From Podarcis gaigeae (Eukaryota), in the NCBI GenBank assembly GCA_964106915.2, contig OZ066916.1: 64,000 nt of DNA. One strand, written 5' to 3'. Below the pieces are notes generated by a model. It saw only the letters and a program-made list of their open reading frames with translations. It was not told the origin of the DNA and did no database searches. This document shows positions 26,391-37,240 of the stretch, in pieces; the stretch's first letter is position 1; every line of letters starts with the position of its first letter. The position numbers and the translations under genes were made by a program.

Positions 26391-26495
26391 GAGGATCACC
26401 ATAATGGCACTGTGTAAATCCACAAAAGGAGATGATGATAATACGGTGTGATGGTACAATAAAATGAAATAAAGCATTCTACAGCGTTTGTACTT
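26391..26495 (+). other. 3' UTR end and poly(A) signal of the orphan GSTA paralog
   Basis: Matches the intact gene's 3' UTR (aatggcac.gtgtaaatccacaaa and taaaatgaaataaagcattctaca, compare 34437-34556); AATAAA at 26468-26473. Confidence 0.8.
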
Positions 26496-27114
26496 CAGTG
26501 CCATGTTTTACTTGAGTAGTCAATAACATGTCTGGTCTGTCATGACTAGTTCCTGTTGTGCTTTGCGTAGATGTGACGGGATCTGTGTGGTCCTGCTGGA
26601 TTAGAGGCAAGCAAAATATATCCTATTAACGTACTTCCTGCCAGAAAATGAGCTGTTTCCATAGCCTTCTACAGCAATTAGACTGACCAGCCATAGCAGC
26701 AATTCTTTACCAGTCCACCATGCTATCCTCAAGGAACATTCTTCTCAGTTTTATGACAGCAACTTCAACTGTCACAAATTTTTCAAAGCCAGACATCAAA
26801 TATGTGATTTTCACTTGATCATCCAGATCAGGTATCTTACATAACAAATCAAGAATAATTTTTGAATTGCCTGTAGAAATCCAGTTTTGCATACCTTTAA
26901 TTGTAGTGATCTATTTGGCCCAACCCCCGCCAAAAGGTGGGTAGGACCAACAGGGAAGCCCTGTGTAGTTGACTTTTTTCTGTATTTTGTGGCTAGCAGC
27001 TGCAACCAGAGACTGCAGTGGCCTCCTGCCCAGTTATACAAAGGTTTCAGTTGAATATACACTACTAAGACCAGGAATGTTTGCCCTCAGTGCAGCTGTA
27101 CAGATACAATAAAC

Positions 27115-27369
27115 CGAGTTGCATCATGTTACGCAAGCGTGAGACAACCTTTCCCGTTGTGAATTAACTTTGCGTGACTGATTTGTTGTAGGTGAAAAGT
27201 CTCACGAAAGGCAGAGTAAGTGTTTTTCTATTTGCAATAGGGAGTTTCTGCTACAGATAAGCTGTTCTCTCAGAAGGTGGAGCTTCTGAGCTTTTATAAC
27301 CCTGAGCCACACAAGTTCGGGGCTCACTCTGCTTGAGAAGAACTTCCACTTGTTCAGGACTTGCAGCAG
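27115..27369 (+). promoter_or_regulatory. Putative GSTA promoter and non-coding exon 1
   Basis: TATA-like TTTATAA at 27293-27299, donor CAG|gttagt at 27369/27370, upstream XRE core TTGCGTG at 27170-27176 and bZIP-type sites. The first coding exon has an acceptor upstream of its ATG, so a non-coding exon 1 is required. Confidence 0.55.
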
Positions 27370-28032
27370 GTTAGTATTCTAAGGTAGACGATTGCTTTGG
27401 AGAGTCATTGGTCAAGAGCAACACCCTGGACAGAGGAGTAGTGCAGGGACAATTTTCAAAGACCTCACCTTTGCCCAAAAGTCTTGCTCTTCTTACCCGC
27501 AGGGTACTAAAGGTTTGTGGGTTGGGGAGGGGGGATACTGTAATCCTCAGACCTGTAATCCTCAGAGCAGAGACATTTCCCTTTGGACAGACCAAAGGCA
27601 GGAGCTGGGCAGTGGGCAGAGGTCTAAAAATGATATGGGGTTGGTCTTTGTTGCACCTCAGAGGAAAAAGAAATCTTGGGTAAGAATGGGAGAGAAATTA
27701 GATTCATTTAAAAAATAGTAACTCACCAAATTTCTTTTCCCAAAAACATAGCTATCCCTTGAAATTTGCACTGCTGTTCTCCAGCCAAATAATGGGTAAA
27801 AACACATATGGTGAGGTAAAATGTGCATATAAATGCATATATTATTGAAAAGAATGTAGATAATGGGTGTTGTTATCCAGGGTTGAGGAGGGTGCAGATG
27901 CCATCCAACTGTCTTAGGGACTCCACTCCGGATTTGCTTGGGGTTTACTCCTTAGCCTTTTCTTCCTAGGGCAATGGAGGTTTAGGGTCAGAGGCTACCT
28001 CCTCCTAGATGGGTTACCTTCCCAGATTGATG

Positions 28033-28542
28033 TGGAAATATCTAAATTAATGGTTCTTATTACCCTGAGTAGTACCGAGTTAAAAACAAAAGAGGAATGT
28101 AAATGGGTAAAATTGGTGGTAATTACAGCCAGACAGGTTATAGCGAGTAATTGGAAAAATGCAGAAGAGCTAGGGGTGAACCAAGGGAGGAAAAAACTGA
28201 ATAATATTATAATTTTAGAATACCTAACTCTGAAGATACATAGAATGAAAGGGCTTAAGGTCAGTGAGAAAGAGGAGGATTGGTTTGAGAAGATATTGAA
28301 TTATTTGGGTAGGTTTGAACAATTTGGGGCAATTAAAATGTTAAAAGTTAAATAAACCTTGTGGAGGGAGGAGTGTTAAGGTATATAGAAGTGTATATAT
28401 GGTTGATTTGAATATGTTATTATTGAATATTATTGAATATGTATATTATTGAATATATATACCCAATGTATCAGCCACCTGGGGGGTGGTTTCACTGTTT
28501 GTGTTTTGGTGGTTGATAAAAAATAAAATATTAATTAAAAAG
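28033..28542 (+). mobile_element. 5'-truncated L1-clade LINE
   Basis: ORF2 C-terminal-like ARQVIASNWK ... KILNYL, A-rich tail, imperfect 17-bp TSD at 28016-28032 and 28543-28559. Confidence 0.75.
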
Positions 28543-29144
28543 ACCTTCTCAGACTGATGAGCTCCACCTGCCCCTCACTTCCCTCTACAGCATGTGCAGA
28601 AACTGCCTTCTTGACCCTTGGACCCACTATTGGTCTCATCCCTCAACCTGCCAGAGCCCATCCTTGCATGGAGGGAAGGTCCCTAACTCACATGGGTTTG
28701 AGACCCATCAGCTATCCTTACCTGGTTGAGCCAGCCAGTCAGAGCCATTTCCCAGGGTGTGGCCCCTGTCACATGCTGGCAGCTTCTAGGAGCCACAGGA
28801 GAGTGCTGAGTGCAGAGTGGGAACCAAAGATAGACAAACAACCCTAGAAGGAGCATGATGTGTCTCTCACCAGTGGCAACTGGGGAAAACAGGTTGAGAG
28901 AAGGGTGTGTCCATGTAAGGAAATCTGAAACAGTTTTAAGTTAGAGGTGGTGCTTCAGATGTGATTCATCACTACAAACTCCCATCATCCCTGGCGGTTG
29001 GCCATGCAGGAAAGCCATGTGCCTGAGGAGATGAGAGGCAGCTGATGGCAATGACAATGGTGCGAGTACGAGGGGGAAGTTACAATTTTGTGGCTCTGGG
29101 AACATGGACCGTGGCTGTTCAAGAGGGGGGTGATAGTCATAGAT

Positions 29145-29400
29145 CATGGGTAGGCAAACTAAGGCCCGGGGGCTGGATATGGCCCAATTGCCTTCTAAAT
29201 TCAGCCCACAGACGGTCCGGGAATCAGCATGTTTTTACATGAGTAGAATGTGTGCTTTTATTTAAAATGCATCTCTGGGTTATTTGTGGGGCTTGGGAAT
29301 TCATTAATTCCCCCCCCCCCCAAAAAAATATAGTCCGGCCGCCCACAAGGTCTGAGGGACAGTGGACCGACCCCCTGCCGAAAAAGTTTGCTGACCCCTG
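29145..29400. mobile_element. Non-autonomous hAT element
   Basis: TIR-like ends CA.GGGT.GGCAAAC; 8-bp TSD TCATAGAT. Confidence 0.82.
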
Positions 29401-29648
29401 TCATAGATTGTTGTGGTTTTTTTTTAACTCTTCCTATTTTATCTGTGCAATAATATGCTACATCTGCTTGTGCTCTGTGATTATGAAAAAGCGTTTGATA
29501 AAAAATAAACCAGAAGGCTTGCTGTAAGCAATCACCAGAGCACCATTTTGAACAGTTGTCCTGCTCTGCAGTGGTTTCCCTATCAAACATGACCTCTCAA
29601 TCTCTCTCTCTGTCTCTCATCATAACAGGAAAGCAAACACTTAGGAAG

Positions 29649-29735
29649 ATGGCTGGGAAACCTAAGCTTTACTACTTCAATGGAAGGGGCCGAATGGAAA
29701 GCATAAGGTGGCTGTTGGCTGCAGCAGGAGTCGAG
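29649..29735 (+). CDS. GSTA: Glutathione S-transferase alpha class, first coding exon (exon starts 29629)
   Basis: Encodes [29 protein letters not shown] then gt; catalytic Tyr9 and Arg15 present. Paralog number cannot be assigned. Confidence 0.95.
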
Positions 29736-29917
29736 GTTTGTTTGTCTTCTCTGACAAAGCACCTTTCCCCCACCCCCCAAAAAGAATGAAGGGAACTGTT
29801 GTTTTTCCAGCATTCTTATATTTCAGACAGTTTCCAAATTTGGGTCCAGCATTATCATTTGTGAGGGAGGTGCCTGCTTCAGGCGGGGGATTTTATCTAT
29901 CCTGGAAGGGGCAGCTA

Positions 29918-30175
29918 CCGTATTTTTTGCTGTATAAGACTCACTTTTTCCCTCCTAAAAAGTAAAGGGAAATGTGTGTATGTCTTATGGAGCGATGCAG
30001 GCTGCGCAGCTATCCCAGAAGGCAGAACAGCAAGAGGGATTGCTGCTTTCGCTGCACAGCGATCCCTCCTGCTGTTCTGGCTTCTGAGATTCAGAATATT
30101 TTTTTTCTTGTTTTCCTCCTCCAAAAACTAGGTGCGTCTTGTGGTCTGGTGCATCTTATAGAGCGAAAAATACGG
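29918..30175. mobile_element. Tc1/mariner MITE, family D (CCGTATTTTT TIR)
   Basis: TA|CCGTATTTTT ... AAAAATACGG|TA; inverted copy at 46486-46709, relatives at 52583-52747 and about 7269-7580. Confidence 0.82.
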
Positions 30176-30246
30176 TAATTGATGAGTTATTGTCATTATT
30201 ATTGTACTTTTGCAGCTAAGTAGGGGGGGGAGGAAACATGATTGTG

Positions 30247-31113
30247 TGGACAGGCGGAGTCCCCCAAACCCTGGGTGTCCCCCATATGGAATAACGACTC
30301 AAGACAACATGCTATGGGATTAAAATTGGCCACAACTTTATTATGTTTCAGATGTGGGTAGACCTTGACTCAGGCATTGGGTGTTTATCCCTCTCAGTCC
30401 CCCACCGGGGATCTGGGGAACATCAGGGTTATCCAATGGGGGGGGGATGGGCTGGCTCTGGAGAACATATGTTGAAGCAGAGAGAGCCTGCCCCTGTTAC
30501 GCCACCGTCGCAGGGGAGAGCAATGACAACCTCCAGGTGCACGGCCAAAGCCTCCCCTCTGAACAACCCCTTTAACGGGGAACCCTGGTATCGCCGCCGC
30601 AAAGAGGAGGGGGGCGTGGGTCACCGCTGCACGCCCCCCCCATTTAGGGAAGATAGACTAAAGGATCCTGACCAAGGCCTGATACTGCCAAAGTTGTGAC
30701 GTTTTGCTACAGGAAAGGCAAAACATGCCAATGCAGGAGAATTTCTTTGCGACCCTTCAACAGCGACCTTGACGCAGCAGTGCCCACATACCTGTGGAGA
30801 AAAGGTTAACCTGCAAAAGAAGTCTTAACTGAGGGTGGGTAGGGTGGGAGAAGCTCTGGAGCCAACTGACAATTCCCGGGTAAGATCCTCCCCCTATTGT
30901 ATGGGCAGGTGGTCCCTCCCCCTAACTGGCCTGATCACCTTGGCAACGCCTTCCCAGGCGGGATTGGACAACTGGCTGAGGTAGGCAGAGATCTCCAGGT
31001 ATCCCACCTGGGGAAGGCCAAGCCAAGCCTGTGCTAATGGTGCCACATAGGGTCCAGGGGGCTTCATGTGACCACACAAAGGGCGCCCCCCCATTTAATG
31101 TGGGGAGCCATCA
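30247..31113 (-). mobile_element. Probable solo LTR in a GSTA intron
   Basis: TG...CA termini, 5-bp TSD TTGTG (30242-30246 and 31114-31118), minus-strand AATAAA about 90 nt from the 3' end, GC-richer than flanks. Confidence 0.6.
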
Positions 31114-31164
31114 TTGTGGGATTTACTGCTTCAAGTGCTAAAATGATATGACTAGCCTGTAGTA

Positions 31165-31523
31165 CAGTGGTACCTCGCAAGACGAATCCCTCGTAAGACG
31201 AAAAACTCGCAAGATGAAAGAGTTTTTCGAGTTGCTTCGCAAGACGAATTTCCCTATGGGCTTGCTTCACAAGATGAAAATGTCTTGCAAGTTTGTTTCC
31301 TTTTTCTTAAAACCGTTAATACCCAGGGTGCATTCAGGGGGTGCAGTTGCAACTTGACTTCGAGGAGCAACTCATAGCACCCGGTGTGGTAGCCTTTTTT
31401 GAGGTTTTTGAAGGCTTTGGTGATTTTTGAAGCTTTTCCAAAATCCGTGCTTCATAAGACGAAAAATTCGCAAGACGAAAAAACTCGCAGAACGAATTAA
31501 TTTCATCTTGCGAGGTACCACTG
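31165..31523. mobile_element. Tc1/mariner MITE, family B (CGCAAGACG subrepeats)
   Basis: TIR CAGTGGTACCTCGCAAGA; TA flanks. Confidence 0.85.
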
Positions 31524-31718
31524 TACTTGATTTGTGCATGGGAAACATTTGTTGTTCTGTCCCAGACAGAGAAAATTATTGGGCGGGCCGGCCCAGAATT
31601 TGGCTGTGAAAGGGGAGTTTTCATCAAATTTTGAAAACTTGAAAGGCCCTGTGTCATTTTTGGAGCCTGAAATTATTTCATGAGACCCTTGAAATATTCT
31701 GCCTCTTTTATTTTTTAG

Positions 31719-31770
31719 TTTGAAGAACAATTAATTGAGACAAAAGAATATCTAGAAAAATTAAAGAATG
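31719..31770 (+). CDS. GSTA: GSTA coding exon 2
   Basis: 52 nt encoding FEEQLIETKEYLEKLKN(G); ttttag and gtgagt boundaries. Confidence 0.93.
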
Positions 31771-32283
31771 GTGAGTATGTTATCTGAATATCAGTGGGAC
31801 TGTCTTCTAGTACAGTAAAGCCTTATAGTCTTAATAGCAGGGGTTTTCAAAGTGGACTTGTTTCTCCAGTTCTGCATTGTGCACACTTTCAGGCAGGAAT
31901 ATGTGTCAATACACAGTTGTGATCTGGTTATATTGCATTTTTCTCTCTTCTTTGAAAGAAAAGAGAGTTTTCCAGATACCCACAACACATACCACTCAAC
32001 TCTGCATTGTGCAGAATGGTTTGCTTGTTTTTTAGCTGGAGAACAGAAGTAGCTTAAATAACATACAAAACTAGTTTCCAATGTGTGATTGCTGTACTAA
32101 TTTAGCACATGTTCTGCAAAAGGGTTTTGAGGGACAAGCAGAGGCAAACATGATTATCGCAAAGGCACAATGTAAAAGTAAAGTCTCAAAATCAAAGCAT
32201 GGCTTGGGAGATGCTCCTGAAAATTTAATTTCCATAGTAATTACCTGGGAGGATGGACTGATTTTTCATTTTCCTTTCACAAG

Positions 32284-32416
32284 GTGGAGACCTGCTCTTT
32301 CAGCAAGTGCCCATGGTGGAAATGGATGGGATGAAGATGGTGCAGAGCCGAGCTATTCTCAACTACATTGCCGCCAAGTATAATCTCTCCGGGAAGGACA
32401 TGAAGCAGAGAGCATG
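32284..32416 (+). CDS. GSTA: GSTA coding exon 3
   Basis: 133 nt encoding [43 protein letters not shown](W). Confidence 0.95.
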
Positions 32417-33055
32417 GTACTGTAACACTCCTTTAAGTTTGGTTACTAAATGCATACTTTGGTTTGCTGTACATGATATAAGATCTTCTTTGGTCTGTCA
32501 TATGATCTACTGATGAGTTATGAGTCAGCATGTTTCATCTCTACTGTCAGATTGGGCAAGAAAGGGTACAGTATGAGATAATTTGACCGCCCAGTCCCAA
32601 CAAAGTTCATGTGGACTGGTTCATTAGAAATCAATGAAGTTTTATGTAATCCCAATAGGAGATTGGGAGGTCGTTGTCCCTTCCCAATGTTTTTTTTTTG
32701 GGGGGGGGGTTGTTGCAAATGTATAAAATTGATTTTTGATATAAGGCTTTCCTTATAAAAGGTGTAGCTGGTGAAGATCACTATAATGTCAAATTATAGG
32801 GGCTTTTGTTGCATAGAGCGAGGCTCTTTCCAGGGAAAATGCCCTTTCTGCAACATACAGAATCATTGTACTTGTTTTTCTGCTGGGTCATCACACATTT
32901 TTGCCTGTGACACTACTGCCCAATTCCCCCACAAGGCTTTGGCTCTGCATTATCATAATTAGTACTATTGCTGCTGCTACTACTGCTGCTATCACTACTG
33001 TTTTTCTTATTATTACCTGAGTATGAGAAAAGGAAACACTGTCTCTTTCAAATAG

Positions 33056-33197
33056 GATTGATATGTATTGCGAAGGTGCTATGGATCTGAATGAATTGAT
33101 AATGATGCTTCCCTTCAAGCCAGCTGACAGCAAGGAGAAGGAGTTTGCAAACGTTATTGAAAAAGCCACCACCAGATACTTCCCAGTCTTTGAAAAG
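33056..33197 (+). CDS. GSTA: GSTA coding exon 4
   Basis: 142 nt encoding IDMYCEGAMDLNELIMMLPFKPADSKEKEFANVIEKATTRYFPVFEK. Confidence 0.95.
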
Positions 33198-33677
33198 GTA
33201 TGGGGCGAAGGAAACTTACAAACCTTTTAACACAACAAAGTCACCTGTGCTCAGCTGGAGTTGGCAGCTGGTAATTTTGATAGGACTGCTTGTCTCATCA
33301 GAAATCATTTCCTTATTCCTTGTATTTTCCAAGCTTCTGAGCTAAAAGTAAAAAAAGTAAAACAAAAAAATTAGCTGTGTGAGAGAAGATCAGGAATCAC
33401 ACACAGTGTTCGTTTACCATGTGAACTCTGATCTCAGAATCTGCCCTGCCTCATTGAAACATGACAAGCAGTGGTTTGGGAAGAGGGAATGTAATGATCA
33501 AACTTCTCTTTCTTAGCCAGCAGTTTGTTAGAAGACATGAATCCGAACTGATACAAATACTCTCGATCTCCTGATACAATATAATCTGGGCGCGTGATAG
33601 TCAAAAGTGGTTCAGATATAGATTCTCCATTTTGTGTATGTACCTGAAGTACTCTTCAAACATTTCCTGCTCTATAG

Positions 33678-33809
33678 GTCCTCAAAGATCATGGACAAAA
33701 TTACCTGGTAGGAAATCAGCTCAGCAGAGCAGATATTCAATTGCTTGAAACCATTTTAATGGCAGAAGAGCTGAAGGCTGATATTCTCTCCAAATTCCCT
33801 CTTTTAAAG
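33678..33809 (+). CDS. GSTA: GSTA coding exon 5
   Basis: 132 nt encoding VLKDHGQNYLVGNQLSRADIQLLETILMAEELKADILSKFPLLK. Confidence 0.95.
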
Positions 33810-34200
33810 GTAAGCATGCTTACTGAAGCATAAGCAAAGTTCTAGTATGGCACTTTTATTCTTTGCATATCTAAAACACTATCGTCTCTGGATTTCTATT
33901 GCAAAAAGTCTAAATCACACAGGAGGCCCACATTCATGGATAAGCCTTCTGTGAATTAAATTTAGACACAAACAGGTAACCTACCTACGATTATAGACCT
34001 GCAATGGAGCTCAAATGTTGACCTCCCTCTCCAAAGGTGCATGCCTGAAATAATTGGGTTTAGTGTATGTACAAAGTTTGAGTACATATAAAGTTTATCA
34101 CTTGTAGTTTCATTATTGACTATGAAATCATAGTAACCGTAAGCAGCAAATGATTATTTGGGGATGCCACCATTTCTCCTTTTCTCTACTAAAATATTTT

Positions 34201-34201
<1 letters not shown>

Positions 34202-34244
<43 letters not shown>
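34202..34244 (+). repeat. (CT)n microsatellite forming the GSTA last-exon pyrimidine tract
   Basis: About 21 CT units directly before ctag|GCC. Confidence 0.95.
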
Positions 34245-34247
<3 letters not shown>

Positions 34248-34248
34248 G

Positions 34249-34368
34249 GCCTTTAAAGAGAGAATAAGCAACATCCCAACAGTGAAGAAATTTCTGCAGC
34301 CTGGTAGTCAAAGAAAACCACCAACAGATGAAAAGGCTATTGAAAAGGCAATGAAAATTTTCGCCTAA
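34249..34368 (+). CDS. GSTA: GSTA last coding exon
   Basis: 120 nt encoding [39 protein letters not shown]. Total CDS is 666 nt (221 aa); AATAAA at 34541-34546. Confidence 0.95.
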   Translation, partial: AFKERISNIPTVKKFLQPGSQRKPPTDEKAIEKAMKIFA

Positions 34369-35301
34369 ATCGTGGCTGAGGATCACAAATGATGCACTAT
34401 TGTATTCACAGGCAATGGGCAAAAACTGAAATGGGACCACAATGGCACAGTGTAAATCCACAAAGCTACAGTAAGAACCAAAATAACTAACAGAACAAAA
34501 GGAAGTGGTTATAATATTGTGCCGCACTACACTAAAATGAAATAAAGCATTCTACAACTTTTGTATTCTGGTTGTTTTAGTTCCAGTATGATGTCATTTA
34601 CATTAATCTTAAACAGCAGGGGAGCACATAAGCAGCCTTGTCATAGGTCTTAGGCCCTTTACCATATTTCTTAATCAGATGGTTTAAGATGTAACATTGG
34701 TTTATATATTTAGCTAAGTGTGCATTTATGCTTATTTATTCTATGACTGAGACCTTAAAATTCTCGTAACAATCCCCCATTTGGGGCAATAATTTAACTA
34801 AAATTGTTGCCCCACTAAACAACCTGATGTCCACTCTTCCCAAATGTTGGAATGGGATGTGTTTATGTAACCCTGAGGAGACTTGCATGTCAGGTCTCTT
34901 AAGCCTATTCACAAGTGTAGCAGTTGGACATAGGATTCTGTATCATATAAAATAACACTATCTTGTTTTGTTCTATTCTTAAAATACTGGTGGCATTGGT
35001 GGCATTCAAACTCTTTGAGAGAAGCCTTCTCTACCTTTTCACTTTTAAAATGAGGGTCTATGCTTTACATTCAGCAGGAAGGTCCATTTAAAATGAAATA
35101 TGATCAAGGTCCATTTAAAATGAAATATGACCAAATAATTGTGGGGTGGTGGAATGAAAGCAGAATTTCTTGCATGAAAAAAACACTGCATATTTCCCAG
35201 AGAATGGGTTGGTATAAAATATAGTATAAACAGTATAAAATTTACCTGGCGCCTTCATTATACACCTTTAGGCGCCAGGCAAAAATGTCCTTTTTTAAAC
35301 T

Positions 35302-35723
35302 GTTAAGGCATGGAAAATCCATTTCCGTTGTCCCGTTGATAATTTCCATACCGCAGGTATATAGTTCAATAAAATATTCTCCGCTGAAAGATTTAACTTT
35401 TTCTGCACAGTCATATAGTTACAAAGTCCAGCACTTTCTCACAAAGCTTGTTAAGTAAAGAGCACTGTGCAAAAAATGTGTTTCAGAGAGATATGTTTCA
35501 GAAAGCCTGAAATGATATGATTTAGTCACAAGAGGGTAGCCGCACAGTGTATTGTCGATTAAATGCTTTGGAAGTATTATTCCGCCAGGTGTCGCTGGCC
35601 CAAGCCTGCGCGGGAAACTTTGGATTTCCGCCTAAAGTCAGCAGCACAGACTTACAATAGCAATAATGATAGACTGATAACTCCATTGGTTGAAGATGAG
35701 ATAGCCTGGTTCCTTAGCTTGCA
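35302..35723 (+). repeat. Direct repeat copy A'
   Basis: Colinear, high-identity match to 22450-22865. Confidence 0.92.
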
Positions 35724-35735
35724 TAGCTCAGTCGG

Positions 35736-35778
<43 letters not shown>

Positions 35779-35911
35779 ATATTTTATTAAGTTTAACAAT
35801 AAAAAACAAACAACCACAGGGAAAAAAAAAAAAAAACACAGGGAAAATATAAAACATAACAATACAAGGTTTCACAATACAAAAATACAAACATTTAACC
35901 TAACAAGGGAT

Positions 35912-36235
35912 CAGTGTTTTTCAACCTTTTTTGGACAAAGGCACACTTGTTTCATGAAAAAAATCATGAGGCACACCACCATTAGAAAATGTTAAAAAAA
36001 TTAACTCTGTGCCTATATTGACTAGATATAAAGTAATTCTCTTGAATAGGAATCAAATAAACACAAAGAAAGTATTTTATAATTACTTTATTATGAAATA
36101 GTAAGTAAACAGAAATATGAAAAATTATAAAATACTTTATTTTTAAATCTTTCGAATTTTTCAAGTTTTCCCACGGCACACCAGGCAACATCTCGCGGCA
36201 CTAGTGTGCGGCGGAACAGTGGTTGAAAAACACTG
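35912..36235. mobile_element. Non-autonomous hAT-like element
   Basis: TIR CAGTGTTTTTCAACC ... GGTTGAAAAACACTG; TSD not clear. Confidence 0.75.
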
Positions 36236-36354
36236 GCCTAGATGACCCTCGTGGTCCCTTCTCTGTCTCACACACCCTGACAAAGTTAGCTGCTGCCTGC
36301 CCATAGGGCACAATGTGTAAAGTGCCAAATTTTACAAAGTGAAACAGTATAAAG

Positions 36355-36604
36355 TTCGCCTGGCGCCTTCATTATACACCTTTAGGCGCCAGGCAAAAAC
36401 GTTCCTTTTTAACCAGGTCTTTGGTTGATTTGATTGACATTCTATGCCCTTTTAAAATCTGATTCCTTTTGGGGCAGGGAGGTGTTATTGGGTTGTTGTT
36501 TTTATTTTGATTATATATATATAGTGGTTTTATATTTTGATTTTGTTCTGTGAACCGCTCTGAGACCTCCGGCTATTGGGTGGTATACAAATGTAATCAA
36601 TCAG

Positions 36605-36636
<32 letters not shown>
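36355..36636 (+). mobile_element. L2-like LINE 3' end with (TCAA)n tail
   Basis: GTGAACCGC.CTGAGACCTCCGG-type terminal stem followed by a simple-repeat tail. Confidence 0.65.
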
Positions 36637-36638
<2 letters not shown>

Positions 36639-36959
36639 CCCACCCTTGTCACTGAAAGATCTCCAAGTGACTTACAGAATATATAAAAATATACACACTG
36701 CTGGTGTCCTGCTTCTTACACCCCCATGCCAGACGACTTGTTTCAATTATCCAAAAGAAGTGACTTCAAAAATGATAACATTATCCAAAATATTATCAGA
36801 AATTTAGAAAATATAACAAAAACAGGGCTTTTTCCCCTCCTGGGGAACTCAACCGGCACCTTTAGTGTAACAACTTCATGGGCGTGTACCAGCACCGTTT
36901 TTCTTTCCTAGAAGAAAAAAAGCACCGACCAAAAAACTTAATATGTATAAAACTTGTCT

Positions 36960-37240
36960 TTGCGCGTGAACGCCAAGCGAAGAAGTCTAGCGAGGACATT
37001 CCCATGCGACGACCCGCCAGCTGGCCCGCATGTGCACCTCTTTTAGTTTTTGTATGTCTAGGGTTATAGCGAGGGGAGGGGCGGGGCGGGGGCGGGTCCG
37101 CGGCGAGCAGAAGGCAACATGCCGGCTGGGAGGCAGCGGCTCTTGGAAGCCTCCGCGGGGAACGGAGGCAGCGGCGGCCAATGGGTGATCGTTGCGCCAG
37201 GTAAAGAACTCCTTGCAAAGAGGCGCGGGGAGAGGGCTGC
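36960..37240 (+). promoter_or_regulatory. RNASEH2B CpG-island promoter with GC boxes
   Basis: Stacked GGGCGG motifs at about 37078-37096, just upstream of the ATG; CpG-rich. Confidence 0.7.
37119..37200 (+). CDS. RNASEH2B: Ribonuclease H2 subunit B, exon 1
   Basis: Encodes MPAGRQRLLEASAGNGGSGGQWVIVAP(E) then gtaaag; lies in the CpG island; phase 1 fits exon 2. Confidence 0.85.

Noticed and set aside
35079-35132. Short tandem duplications (also about 15276-15327 and 61800-61850)
   Set aside because: Ordinary 22-26 bp slippage duplications with no functional signal.
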